From IMG/VR virus record IMGVR_UViG_3300037183_000141, positions 12,464-76,463 of that record: a DNA stretch of 64,000 bases. One strand, 5' to 3'. Of this stretch, positions 54,651 through 63,493 are shown in pieces; the stretch's first letter is position 1; each line of letters begins with the position of its first letter. Position numbers and translations under genes: made by a program. This stretch comes from a virus. Taxonomy: Duplodnaviria > Caudoviricetes. A model generated the notes under the pieces. That model was not told the origin of the DNA and made no database searches. It saw only the letters and a list, made by a program, of their open reading frames with translations.

Positions 54651-55885
54651 GCAGCATCCTTCGCGCCGCGTACCTGTATTCCGAGACCAGGAACCTGGTA
54701 CGGAACCCGCTCGAGACCACGTCTTACACGGTCTTGAACATCAAGAAGGATGGGAGCTTCTCTCTCGGGGAGAAGACGTCCGGAGACCTGCCCAAGAAGG
54801 TGGACCGGAGCACCAACATTCTGCCGAACTTCATGGTCGAGAGCAAGGACTGGATCCTGTCCGTCGGAAAGAAGTTCGACGCATACTGGGACGGGGTCGA
54901 AGCCGTTCTGTCGGGGCTCAAGATGGACCGCGAGTTGGCATGCATTCGGGCCTTCCGTTCGTCCTTCGCGGGAATCAACCTCGACTCCGTGAAGACGACG
55001 TGGGTCGTTCCGGCCTTCGAGGGCCGGCAGCTCACGAGCTATCCGTTGGTGGCCGCCAGGTGGGCGGACTTGTGGGAGTCGGTCATGTCGAACGACACAT
55101 CCTTCGAGAACTGGTATCAGGCCGCCGGCCTCGAGGAGTGCGAGGAAGGTCTGAAGACCCATTGCATGGTGACCGGGGACATGTGCTTCCCGGCCAGGAT
55201 CCACCGCAAGGTCCTCAACGCCCCGGACTCCGGCGGAAAGGCTGCCTTCACATCGTTCGGTGAGAGGTCCTACTCCTACCTGGACAGGGTTGAGGGCGAG
55301 AACTATTCAATATCGAAGGCAGTCTCCTTCGGGTACACCGCAGCCCTTTCCCACCTCATGTCGAAGGACGTCCGGAGCTGCGTCGGTACGAGCAGCAACT
55401 CGACTACGCTCATCTGGTCTTCGGAGGCGTCGGACGACGTCAGTGGGATCGTGGCCGCACTATCGAGGTACTCAAAGAAGGAAGAACGAGAGCGGGTCGA
55501 GAAGAGCCTGTCCAGGATCTCGAAGTCAAGCGCCAGCTTGTCCATCCTCTCCATACGGGCCGCAACGGGCCGGATCTCGGTGACAGGGTGGGACTCGATC
55601 CAGGTCGGGGACGCGGCCAGGAACCTGAAGAGGTTCACGGAGGTCATGGGCATCGTCGATTATTCGGTGGGAGGAACCATCAGCCGTCTCGGGCACGGAC
55701 GGTCGGAGATCAACGCCTCGGTCATGAAGGACGTGATCAGAGCGGTCCTCTGCGGACATCCTCTACCACGGGCGCTCGGGATCCACGCGGCGAAGAGCAT
55801 CGCGAACCCAGCGAAAGAATACGACGTCGGGGTGAGAGCCAAGCTGAACATCGGAGAAGGTATCGAACAATGGAACAGATCATGA
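54647..55885 (+). CDS. cas8c: Type I-C Cas8c (Csd1)-like, lacking the C-terminal Cas11 part
   Basis: ATGA overlap with cas5c; RSTNILPNF, CMVTG..ARIH..AFTSF..FGYTAALSHL..TLIWS..GRISV..VLCGHPLP; only 412 aa. Confidence 0.75.
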   Translation: MSSILRAAYLYSETRNLVRNPLETTSYTVLNIKKDGSFSLGEKTSGDLPKKVDRSTNILPNFMVESKDWILSVGKKFDAYWDGVEAVLSGLKMDRELACIRAFRSSFAGINLDSVKTTWVVPAFEGRQLTSYPLVAARWADLWESVMSNDTSFENWYQAAGLEECEEGLKTHCMVTGDMCFPARIHRKVLNAPDSGGKAAFTSFGERSYSYLDRVEGENYSISKAVSFGYTAALSHLMSKDVRSCVGTSSNSTTLIWSSEASDDVSGIVAALSRYSKKEERERVEKSLSRISKSSASLSILSIRAATGRISVTGWDSIQVGDAARNLKRFTEVMGIVDYSVGGTISRLGHGRSEINASVMKDVIRAVLCGHPLPRALGIHAAKSIANPAKEYDVGVRAKLNIGEGIEQWNRS

Positions 55886-56106
55886 TTCTGAGCAAAGAGG
55901 GCATCGGCTCAATCCTGGACGAGGTCCGCGGGATCAGCCTTGAGGAGCACGGAATCCTTCCGTCGTCGTTCATCGGTGGCTGCGGGGCGGTTTACGTCCG
56001 GAACAGGTTCCTCTCCCGGGACGCCGAGGGGACCCTGGCCGAGCTCGAACAGTGGGTGCTGGCCGACCGGGCCGCCGTGGAGGCCGCCGCCCGGCGGAAG
56101 GCCTAG
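55870..56106 (+). CDS. Hypothetical protein overlapping the cas8c stop
   Basis: 78 aa; no Cas11 GRLFA-like motif seen. Confidence 0.5.
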   Translation: MEQIMILSKEGIGSILDEVRGISLEEHGILPSSFIGGCGAVYVRNRFLSRDAEGTLAELEQWVLADRAAVEAAARRKA

Positions 56107-56125
56107 GTCAGGCCGGGGTTCCCCC

Positions 56126-56509
56126 TCATGGCGGCAGGACCGAGCGCCAGGCCCCGACCCGGTGGGCCAGCATGCCCCCGGCCGCAAGGGACCCCCGGAG
56201 CACCCTCTCCACGCCCTCCGGGGACACCGCCTCCGCCCGGACGCCCATGACGGACACCACGCACGGCCCGGCCGTGGTCGACGGGACAAACCCGTAGGCC
56301 AGCTCGTCCACGCCGCCCGGGTGCGAGAGCAGGACCCGGACCGCCTGCCCGTCCGAGAAGGTGTGCCCGAGCACCGCGTGGACCCGGTGCGGGCCCGGGA
56401 GCAGGGACGACAGGGAGGAGGCGAAATCCCGGAAGAGGGTGAGGCGCCGGTCGGCGGCCGGGACGGGCAGGGGGCCGTCGTCGCCGAGGAGGTCTGGCAG
56501 GTCGGACAT
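56126..56509 (-). CDS. Hypothetical protein
   Basis: High GC3 from ATG 56509. Confidence 0.45.
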   Translation of the reverse strand: MSDLPDLLGDDGPLPVPAADRRLTLFRDFASSLSSLLPGPHRVHAVLGHTFSDGQAVRVLLSHPGGVDELAYGFVPSTTAGPCVVSVMGVRAEAVSPEGVERVLRGSLAAGGMLAHRVGAWRSVLPP

Positions 56510-56743
56510 TGTCCCGGAGGAGTACACCCCGCCCGGAGGGACCCGCGACATGCCGGCATAGGGTGCGCTTCCCCTCCAAAAAGGTTTTTCCTACATATGC
56601 ACACAATGTAGGCAAGGTCTAAAAGCCCAAAAAGGGCCCGCTTCCGCGTACACCGGATGACCCCTCGAAATACCCGGGACCCGTGGGATCCGCCAAGCAT
56701 GTGTATCCGTCCCAAGAAATACTCGGACGTCAGCACTATCTCC

Positions 56744-56800
56744 ATCCCCATAGTATATATTGGTAGTATAGATCCCCTAGATCTATTATTAGTATATCTA
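56744..56800. other. AT-rich intergenic tract
   Basis: catagtatatattggtagtatagatcccctagatctattattagtatatcta in a GC-rich background. Confidence 0.7.
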
Positions 56801-56804
56801 CGGC

Positions 56805-57257
56805 ATGACCATTTGCAGAGACTGTCCGTCCCAGTTACCCTTCGAGGGACCTGATGTTCACCCCACCTCCAGAAGGATCCTGTGCGACGACTGCAAGCGC
56901 CGCGTCCGCAGGGCGGCGAAGCGGCGAAGAAAGGGACCGCCCAAGCCGGCCCCGAAGAAGAGGGAGCGGCGCCTGTCGGTCAAGCTCCCCGGCTCCAAGC
57001 AGTCACGTCTTCTCCAGAGGATAAGGTCTTACGTCAACTCTCTTAAGAACAGGCCTTGTCACGACTGCGGCCTTTCCTTTCCTCCCGTGTGTATGGACTT
57101 CGACCATCGGCCTACGGAGTCTAAAGGCCGCGAGGTGTCCGTCTGCAGGACTGTCGTCCAGGTCGACGCCGAGGTGGCCAAGTGCGACCTCGTGTGCGCC
57201 AACTGCCACCGTCTGAGGACCGAGGCGAGGAGGCTGGCCCGTCATCCCTCCTCGTAA
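56805..57257 (+). CDS. HNH endonuclease with N-terminal Zn finger
   Basis: CRDC..CDDC; CHDCG..MDFDHR..CDLVCANCHRLRT. Confidence 0.85.
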   Translation: MTICRDCPSQLPFEGPDVHPTSRRILCDDCKRRVRRAAKRRRKGPPKPAPKKRERRLSVKLPGSKQSRLLQRIRSYVNSLKNRPCHDCGLSFPPVCMDFDHRPTESKGREVSVCRTVVQVDAEVAKCDLVCANCHRLRTEARRLARHPSS

Positions 57258-57289
57258 GCCCCTCCCCGCGGGCCTCCCGGCCCCGGGGC

Positions 57290-57727
57290 CTACGGCGTCC
57301 CGGACTGCTCCCGCAGCGATGGCTCCAGGCGGACCAGGATCCCGCAGTTGACGCCCGACCCGAGGATGGTGCCGTTCTCCCAGTGCCCCATCCCGATCAG
57401 GTCCAGCCCTGTCGGGGTCTTGCGGTACACGTTGACGGTCTGGTCCGCGTGGAGGAACGCGGCGTGCTCGCTGTCTTCGGCGATGATCGTGTTTTCCATG
57501 TCCTCCCGTAAGCATGCCCCTCGTAGCGGGGCCAGCGGGTTGGGGGACGCGCTGTCTTCCGCGTGCGCGATGGCCTCGTCGGCCCCGGGCTCGGAAAACA
57601 GGATGACGCGCCCTCCGACGAGGCGCCCCCGGGCCGGGAAGAGACGCCAGTGCTCCCCGTCCTCCTCGTACACGGTGATCTCGGGATCGGATCCTTGGGC
57701 CAAGGCGACCAGGTCGGAGAGCTTCAT
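57290..57727 (-). CDS. Hypothetical small gene (cassette array)
   Basis: GGAGG RBS with the conserved upstream motif. Confidence 0.6.
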   Translation of the reverse strand: MKLSDLVALAQGSDPEITVYEEDGEHWRLFPARGRLVGGRVILFSEPGADEAIAHAEDSASPNPLAPLRGACLREDMENTIIAEDSEHAAFLHADQTVNVYRKTPTGLDLIGMGHWENGTILGSGVNCGILVRLEPSLREQSGTP

Positions 57728-57735
57728 GCCCTCCC

Positions 57736-57891
57736 CTACGCGGCCCGGGCCCGCATCTCCCGCCGGTCCGCCTGCTTGCGTCGGCTGCGCGTGGCGGCCT
57801 GCTTGCGGCGCTCCGTCTCGACGGTGCGGCCGCGCAGGCGCGCGGGGTCGTTCTTCAGGATCCAGGCCATCTCGGCGTTGCGGTGTTTCAT
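57736..57891 (-). CDS. 51-aa Arg-rich protein
   Basis: Not in the track; MKHRNAEMAWILKND..; motif upstream. Confidence 0.55.
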   Translation of the reverse strand: MKHRNAEMAWILKNDPARLRGRTVETERRKQAATRSRRKQADRREMRARAA

Positions 57892-57899
57892 GTCCTTCT

Positions 57900-58064
57900 C
57901 TAAGCGGAGGGGGCCGCGACCTTCGCCAGGACGCGGACCGCGGTCTTTCGGCCCGGCACCCGGACCATCAGGTACCTGACGTGCTCGCCGTACGACGAGT
58001 CGGGGAGGCGCTCCAGGCCCCGCGCTGCCAGGAACTCCTCGATCGCTGCCTGCTTGCTGTCCAT
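57900..58064 (-). CDS. Small hypothetical protein
   Basis: MDSKQAAIEEF..; motif upstream. Confidence 0.55.
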   Translation of the reverse strand: MDSKQAAIEEFLAARGLERLPDSSYGEHVRYLMVRVPGRKTAVRVLAKVAAPSA

Positions 58065-58093
58065 GCCCCCTCGTAAGGAGGGATGATGCCGAC

Positions 58094-58330
58094 CTACGGG
58101 GCGGCGTCGACGGCCTCCAGGACGTCGTCCCACCCGGTGTCCTCGTCCCCCGGCTCGATGCCGGCGGTCTCGCACGGGTCCGCCTCCTCGTCCCAGGCCA
58201 TGTCGTCCCCGTCCTCCCCGACCTCGAGAACGGCGTCGACGGGCCGGCCCCCGACCGTGCCCGTGATCCGGAATAGCTCGGTGCCCGTCTCCTCGTCCGC
58301 CCTCAGTCGCTCTGCCTTCAGCTTCGTCAT
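58094..58330 (-). CDS. Small acidic protein
   Basis: 78 aa; motif upstream. Confidence 0.6.
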   Translation of the reverse strand: MTKLKAERLRADEETGTELFRITGTVGGRPVDAVLEVGEDGDDMAWDEEADPCETAGIEPGDEDTGWDDVLEAVDAAP

Positions 58331-58338
58331 GTCATCCC

Positions 58339-58455
58339 TTACTTGACGATGCGCAGGATCTCCGCGGCCTTGGTGGCGACGAACGACAGGACGCCCAGCG
58401 CCCCGAGCGCGGCGCAGAGGAGGCGGGCCTGGTCTATCGGTATCAGGTAGTCCAT
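58339..58455 (-). CDS. 38-aa membrane peptide
   Basis: Not in the track; MDYLIPIDQARLLCAALGALGVLSFVATKAAEILRIVK. Confidence 0.5.
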   Translation of the reverse strand: MDYLIPIDQARLLCAALGALGVLSFVATKAAEILRIVK

Positions 58456-58488
58456 CTGATCACCCTTACGTCAGAGGAGGGCTAACCC

Positions 58489-58734
58489 TCAGACGGCACC
58501 CCCGACCCAGAAGCGGCGCAGTCCGGCCGCGAGGGACAGCCGGCTGTCGACCTGCTCGGGCTCGCCGTACTCGCGCTCGAGGCCGAGGGGCGCCCCGTCG
58601 GCCTCGGAGAGGGCCTGGACGACGTCCAGGCTCGTGTCCGGATCGCCCTCGGCCGGATAGTACGCGTACCAGGCCGTCCCGTCGTGGTTGGCGTGGCACG
58701 TCTCGAGCTGCACCGCGATCGGCTTGGTCTTCAT
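58489..58734 (-). CDS. Small hypothetical protein
   Basis: MKTKPIAVQLETCH..; motif upstream. Confidence 0.55.
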   Translation of the reverse strand: MKTKPIAVQLETCHANHDGTAWYAYYPAEGDPDTSLDVVQALSEADGAPLGLEREYGEPEQVDSRLSLAAGLRRFWVGGAV

Positions 58735-58763
58735 GCCCCTTCGTAGACCCCAGGATGCGGGAC

Positions 58764-59243
58764 CTACGCCGCGGCGCGCGCGACGAGCTCGGCGGCCGGG
58801 ACGGACGACGCGACCACGAGGCCGGACACGACCTCCCGGCCGGAGAGCACCACCATGTCGCCGACCACCTCGGCCTCCCGGACGGCCATCGTGCCGCCGC
58901 TCCGCATCAGCCAGCGCTTGACGCCGGCCACGTAGCGGGCCACGGTCGCTGCGTCGTACGGCGTCAGCATCCCGGACCAGGTCGTGCTCTCTTCGGTGAT
59001 CGTCATGTCTTCTCGTACGCGGGCGCCCCGAGCCTCGCGGGTCGGACCGAAGCCGGCCCGGACGGGGATACCTCCGGCTGAGGCCCGGGCGGACCACTCT
59101 CGGACCTTTTCGAGGGCCGGAGGATTGCCCTGCGCGACTTCGTGCGTCGTTTGCCGGATCGCAACCTTTGGTGCTTCAGTAACAAGGCCCCATTTCTTCA
59201 GGACTTTCTGCGTCAGCTCCTCAAGCTCTTGCTTCGTCATCAT
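58764..59243 (-). CDS. Hypothetical protein; probable second internal start at 59006
   Basis: Motif before 59243; CGTA-purine tract-ATG before 59006. Confidence 0.5.
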   Translation of the reverse strand: MMTKQELEELTQKVLKKWGLVTEAPKVAIRQTTHEVAQGNPPALEKVREWSARASAGGIPVRAGFGPTREARGARVREDMTITEESTTWSGMLTPYDAATVARYVAGVKRWLMRSGGTMAVREAEVVGDMVVLSGREVVSGLVVASSVPAAELVARAAA

Positions 59244-59271
59244 GCCCTCCCTTAAGCCCCCGGGCCCGGAC

Positions 59272-59490
59272 CTACGCGGCCTGCGGGCGGCGGTGGAAGG
59301 GGAGCAGCGGCCGGTCGGACAGGATGGCGGGGGCCGCCACCTCTCGGCCGCGCGGGCACAGGCTGGAGGACACGAGGTTCATGGCCGTCGGGCCGGCCTC
59401 GACGAGCTGGCCGAAGACCCAGCGGTCGTAGTCGACGGTGTAGCCGGCGGCGACGCGATGCGAGGTGAGCCCGTTCTTGCGGTTTGTCAT
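59272..59490 (-). CDS. Small hypothetical protein
   Basis: Motif upstream; the TAG stop lies inside the next motif. Confidence 0.55.
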   Translation of the reverse strand: MTNRKNGLTSHRVAAGYTVDYDRWVFGQLVEAGPTAMNLVSSSLCPRGREVAAPAILSDRPLLPFHRRPQAA

Positions 59491-59519
59491 GTCCCCTCGT
59501 ACGAGGGGGCGGGCCCGGC

Positions 59520-59711
59520 CTACGGCGCGGCCGCCTCGTCGCTCCAGGGCGCGAGGCCGTTCTCAGTCCCGGACGGGGTCGGCCTCCACTGCCCGCTGCG
59601 CCACTCGACCCAGCCGGCCCGCCTGAGCTCCTCGAGGTGGCCGTGGACGGCGGTCCTCTCGTTCCACCGCGCGGCCGCCCGCCGGAGCCTTCCCTCTTTC
59701 GCGCTCTCCAT
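59520..59711 (-). CDS. Small winged-helix-like protein
   Basis: HLEELRRAGWVEWRSGQWRPTPSG. Confidence 0.5.
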   Translation of the reverse strand: MESAKEGRLRRAAARWNERTAVHGHLEELRRAGWVEWRSGQWRPTPSGTENGLAPWSDEAAAP

Positions 59712-59728
59712 GTCCTCCCCTACGCTCT

Positions 59729-60124
59729 TCACTTCGCGACGTACGAGAACAGGCAGAGCGAGGCGATGCCCTTGAAGGTCAGGAAGCAGAGCCAGGCGCC
59801 GAGGGCCGGGATGGCGCGCAGCACGGGAAAGGTGACTGCCACGGCGCCCGAGGGCGGCAGGACGGACCCGAGGACGACGTAGACGGCGAGGGCGCAGACG
59901 ATGGCGAGGACTGTCTTGATCATTGTCTTTTTCTCCTGTCTCTTCCTACGCCCCCTGGCGGGGGACCTACGGGCCTTGCCCTTGACGGGGGCCCTCTTGG
60001 GCCTCGCGGCCGGGCGGGGCTCGCCGGGCTGCAGCGGCGCGTCCGCCGGCAGGCGGACGAAGATGACCTGCACCGGGGCGTCCGGCGTCGCCGCCCTCGC
60101 CCCGATCTCGTTCTGCGCTGGCAT
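59729..60124 (-). CDS. Pro/Arg-rich ORF reading into a two-helix membrane protein (own start 59923)
   Basis: Motifs before both 60124 and 59923; MIKTVLAIVCALAVYVVLG.. Confidence 0.5.
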   Translation of the reverse strand: MPAQNEIGARAATPDAPVQVIFVRLPADAPLQPGEPRPAARPKRAPVKGKARRSPARGRRKRQEKKTMIKTVLAIVCALAVYVVLGSVLPPSGAVAVTFPVLRAIPALGAWLCFLTFKGIASLCLFSYVAK

Positions 60125-60135
60125 CGTGCCTCCTT

Positions 60136-60430
60136 CTACGCGGGGGTGATGGCGATCTGCGCCCGGACCGCGCGCCCGATCTCCTCGGGGGTCGCGGCCG
60201 TCACGCCGTCCAGCACGAGGTGGTGGTTCCGGGCCCGGCCGGTCTCGACCTCGGCCGTCCAGGACGCCGTGCGGTCCGCGAGGCCCGTGTACGACCGCCC
60301 AGCCGCCCTTTACGGGCGCGATGCGGTGTCCGCCCTCGGCGCGCGGCTCGAAGATCGCGGCCGCGCGGTCCGCCCGCGCCTGCGTCGTGTTCCCCGTCAC
60401 CTTGAACGTCCCGCTCATCGTCGTCTTCAT
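60136..60430 (-). pseudogene. Small gene with an apparent frameshift near 60290
   Basis: The high-GC3 frame switches from GGWAV to SYTGLADRTASWTAEVET..ITPA*. Confidence 0.45.
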
Positions 60431-60550
60431 GTTCCTCCTTAAGCGGGGGTGGGGCCGACCTACGCGGTGTCGACGGCCGCCTCGATGGCGGAGACGACCG
60501 CCTCCGCCTCCTCGTCCTCACGTCTTCCTCTAAGGGGACGTGGCGCCGAC

Positions 60551-60736
60551 CTACGAGAGCCGGCCCGTCGACGGGTCGAAGGTGAAGAACTGACGGCGCT
60601 GGGCCGGCGTCCACGACGGCTCGAAGCCGCCCCTGTCCAGCCATACGCGGATGGCGTTGTAGCTTTCGCGCGCCTGGTTCGCGTCCTCCTCGAGGAGGGC
60701 GCGGCAGAAGTCTTTGTACGCTTGGTCTGGGTCCAT
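60551..60736 (-). CDS. Small hypothetical protein
   Basis: MDPDQAYKDFCRALL..; motif upstream. Confidence 0.6.
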   Translation of the reverse strand: MDPDQAYKDFCRALLEEDANQARESYNAIRVWLDRGGFEPSWTPAQRRQFFTFDPSTGRLS

Positions 60737-60744
60737 GTTCCTCT

Positions 60745-60960
60745 TTACGCGGGGGTGAGCGGGATCTCCGTGACGGTCTTCTTGCCGTCCAGCTCGTGGA
60801 CGGTGAGCCGTCCGGGCTCGCGCCTGGCCTGGTCTCGCAGGACGTTGAGGGATGCCGCCACCGCCTCGTCGCGAGTGACGTGCTCGCCGGCCTTGCGCGG
60901 CCCGTGATACCGCGTCCACACCCCGGTCTTCCTCGGAATCATCACCTTGATCGTCATCAT
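60745..60960 (-). CDS. Small hypothetical protein
   Basis: MMTIKVMIPRKTG..; motif upstream. Confidence 0.6.
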   Translation of the reverse strand: MMTIKVMIPRKTGVWTRYHGPRKAGEHVTRDEAVAASLNVLRDQARREPGRLTVHELDGKKTVTEIPLTPA

Positions 60961-61173
60961 GTCTTCCTCTACGGGGAGGGGGCCGCGATCTCCGGAGTCT
61001 CGACCGTCTCGGCCCGGGCGCAGGCGTGCCACAGGTCTCGCAGGCCCAGGTTGTTCGGCCGGGCGTCGCACGCCAGGTCGAGGACGGCCTTGAGGCGCAA
61101 GTGCTGGTCCGGCGTCAGCTTGATCACCATCGTCTTCATGTCTTCCTCTACGGGGAGGGGGCCGCGATCTCCG
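60957..61173 (-). repeat. Two identical 38-bp direct repeats (60957-60994 and 61136-61173) covering motif, purine tract and ATG
   Basis: tcatgtcttcctctacggggagggggccgcgatctccg in both copies. Confidence 0.9.
60969..61139 (-). CDS. Small hypothetical protein
   Basis: MKTMVIKLTPDQHLRLK.. Confidence 0.55.
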   Translation of the reverse strand: MKTMVIKLTPDQHLRLKAVLDLACDARPNNLGLRDLWHACARAETVETPEIAAPSP

Positions 61174-61189
61174 CGGCCCCATCTCCGGC

Positions 61190-61528
61190 TCAGTGGCCGA
61201 GCAGCTCGGCCGGGGTGCAGGTGCGGACCGACGTGCCGTTGCCGTCTCCGAACGCCCTGGTGTAGCAGACGTCGCTGGACGCCGTGATCACGGGGGCCGC
61301 GACGGCGTGGCGGACGGCGGGCTTGCGCGGCGTGACGGTCACCTCGTCGATCGTCCAGACGACGCTCACCGCCGGCTCGCCCGCATCCCGGACTACGCCG
61401 GAGGGGGCGGCACTTGCGGCCGGCGAGGCGTCCGCCGGGCGGCCGGAGACGCCGAGCAGGGCGACCGACGCGGCCGACAGGACGAGGAAGGAGAGGATGC
61501 CGACGAGACCGGATTTGCTGTTGTTCAT
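61190..61528 (-). CDS. Membrane-anchored or secreted small protein
   Basis: MNNSKSGLVGILSFLVLSAASVALLG; two Cys. Confidence 0.6.
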   Translation of the reverse strand: MNNSKSGLVGILSFLVLSAASVALLGVSGRPADASPAASAAPSGVVRDAGEPAVSVVWTIDEVTVTPRKPAVRHAVAAPVITASSDVCYTRAFGDGNGTSVRTCTPAELLGH

Positions 61529-61611
61529 GCCCCCGTCTAAGCGCGGCGACGGGTGATCTCCGAAGACGGGTGACGGCCGGAGATCGCGTCCCCCTCCCCG
61601 TATCAGGGGGC

Positions 61612-62085
61612 ATGACGACAGAAGCACAGATCACGAGGACCGAGCACATCGAGATCGTCGCGGGGACCATGTACACGAGGGTGGACGACCCGCCGCGGGA
61701 GCCGGTGACGGACGAGCGCGTCCGGGAGCTGTTCGAGGACGCGCAGTACGAGACCCGCAGCTACAGCGGCCGCTGCATGTACGGGGAGAACTGCCTCGCC
61801 GTCTACACCGACTCCGCGTCGGAGGCCGTCACCGTGATCCTGGACGTCGTCCAGGCCTGCGCCGAAAACGGCAGCGCGGAGGACGTACTAGAGCTCGTCG
61901 CCAAGCTGCGCGGCTCCCGCACCGACTCCATGGGGCGGTCGGTGGTCGTGTACTGGCCGGACATCTCGTGGGCCGACTGCGGCGGCGACGGGACCGACGA
62001 GGAAGAGGAAGACCACGACTGCGAGGGGCCGCACTGCTGCACGCCCGGCGCGAGCGACCGCGAAGACTTCCACTCGGACGGCTGA
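61612..62085 (+). CDS. Hypothetical acidic protein
   Basis: Motif upstream; RSYSGRCMYGENCL. Confidence 0.6.
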   Translation: MTTEAQITRTEHIEIVAGTMYTRVDDPPREPVTDERVRELFEDAQYETRSYSGRCMYGENCLAVYTDSASEAVTVILDVVQACAENGSAEDVLELVAKLRGSRTDSMGRSVVVYWPDISWADCGGDGTDEEEEDHDCEGPHCCTPGASDREDFHSDG

Positions 62086-62135
62086 GCAGAGACCGGGGCC
62101 CCGTAGGTCGGGGCCCATCACCCTTAGGAGAGAGC

Positions 62136-62567
62136 ATGAACAACCCGATCGTCCCCGGCACCGAAGGCCTCGTCAAGCACGTCTCGTCCCACAGCCACAG
62201 CTCGAGCGTGCGCTATCAGGACGTCACCGTCTCCCGCGTGACGAAGGCGCGAGTCTTCGCCAAGGCCTCGCCCGAGGCGCGCGAGGTCGAGTTCCGGCTC
62301 GACAACCTGCGCGAGTACGGCGAGAAGAGCTGGCGCGCCGACGAGCTCATCCTGGACCCGGCGGCCATCGCGAAGGTCCGCGCGGACCTTGCCGCCGAGC
62401 AGGCCCGCAAGGCCCTGGAGATGCGCGCCCAGATGGCCATGGCGGACCTACGAAAGCTCTTCGAGGGCTACAGCCTGCACAGCCGGACGGAGGCGGAGAT
62501 CGAGCGCCTCGTCGCCCTGCAGCTGTCCTTCTGCACCCCGGCCTCCGAGAACGCCGGGCCGGGCTGA
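62136..62567 (+). CDS. Hypothetical protein
   Basis: Motif upstream, AGGAG. Confidence 0.6.
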   Translation: MNNPIVPGTEGLVKHVSSHSHSSSVRYQDVTVSRVTKARVFAKASPEAREVEFRLDNLREYGEKSWRADELILDPAAIAKVRADLAAEQARKALEMRAQMAMADLRKLFEGYSLHSRTEAEIERLVALQLSFCTPASENAGPG

Positions 62568-62609
62568 CCGGCCTTCATCATCGTCATGTTCCCTTCTACG
62601 CGGGGGTGA

Positions 62610-62795
62610 TCAGGACCTACGGGACGCGAAGGCGTGGAGGGTCGCGTACCTGTCCGGACGTCGCTCCATGAGACGCCGCACCTCGTCCGGGGTCAGCGGG
62701 CTCGGGCCCGACTGGATCTCCAGGAACGCCTGCTGCGTTCGGGCCGTCGACACGAACGCGATGGCCATCTCTTCCTTCTGGGTCTTCATCGTCAT
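62610..62795 (-). CDS. Small hypothetical protein
   Basis: Motif and AAGGAG upstream. Confidence 0.55.
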   Translation of the reverse strand: MTMKTQKEEMAIAFVSTARTQQAFLEIQSGPSPLTPDEVRRLMERRPDRYATLHAFASRRS

Positions 62796-62817
62796 GTCTC
62801 CTTCTACGGACGGGTGA

Positions 62818-63039
62818 TCAGGACCTACGGGCCCGGTGGGCCGTCACGACGTCCGCGACGGGGATCTGCACCTCGCTCCGGACGCCGCCATCCCTCGTTA
62901 CGAGGGAGATCTTGTCCCCTCCTCCTCCGATGGCGAGGCCGGCCTTCGTGGACCCGTCCCGCATGGTGAGGATAACTTCCACGTCGCACACGTCGCCGCA
63001 CTCGAGCTTCAGCGGGTCGACCTTTCTGCCCTTGCCCAT
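62818..63039 (-). CDS. Small beta-rich hypothetical protein
   Basis: MGKGRKVDPLKLECG..; motif upstream. Confidence 0.55.
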   Translation of the reverse strand: MGKGRKVDPLKLECGDVCDVEVILTMRDGSTKAGLAIGGGGDKISLVTRDGGVRSEVQIPVADVVTAHRARRS

Positions 63040-63074
63040 CGTCGTGTTCCCTTCTACGCACACCTGACCAGGAC

Positions 63075-63335
63075 CTACGGGCGCTCGGCGAGGTAGCTGC
63101 GCAGGCCGGCGTCGTCGCACTCGCCCGGCTCTCCCATGCCGTCGCGCGTCAGGATCGTGAGCGCCTCCTTGCACGCCGTCGGGTCCGTCTTGTGGTGCGC
63201 CTCGACGTACGCGTCGACGGCGTCCATCTTCCGCGAGTCGGCCGCGTGGCTGCCCGCCCACTTGAAGGCGCGGATCTGCTCGATCGTCGGGACCACGGGG
63301 CGTGCGCCCCGCTTGCCGCGTTTGCTCGTTGTCAT
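63075..63335 (-). CDS. Small hypothetical protein
   Basis: MTTSKRGKRG..; motif upstream. Confidence 0.55.
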   Translation of the reverse strand: MTTSKRGKRGARPVVPTIEQIRAFKWAGSHAADSRKMDAVDAYVEAHHKTDPTACKEALTILTRDGMGEPGECDDAGLRSYLAERP

Positions 63336-63493
63336 GCCCCCGCGTACGCGCAGGGGAGCCCGACTCACGCACCGGCGTAGGTACGCCCTTGAAGGACATA
63401 CCGCGAAGCGGGAGGGAGCCAGTGCCTCGCGTCCCGGACGGTCCCCGGCCCTGCCCGTAGGTGCCCCGTCCTGCCGCTTAGACGGAACACGAG

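Noticed and set aside
53000-57300. CRISPR array near cas5c/cas8c
   Set aside because: No regularly spaced 28-37-nt repeats and no ATTGAAAC-type handle seen here or elsewhere in the window
59729-60430. Single 233-aa protein spanning three cassettes
   Set aside because: Internal motif-plus-start elements and a frame switch near 60290 indicate separate small genes
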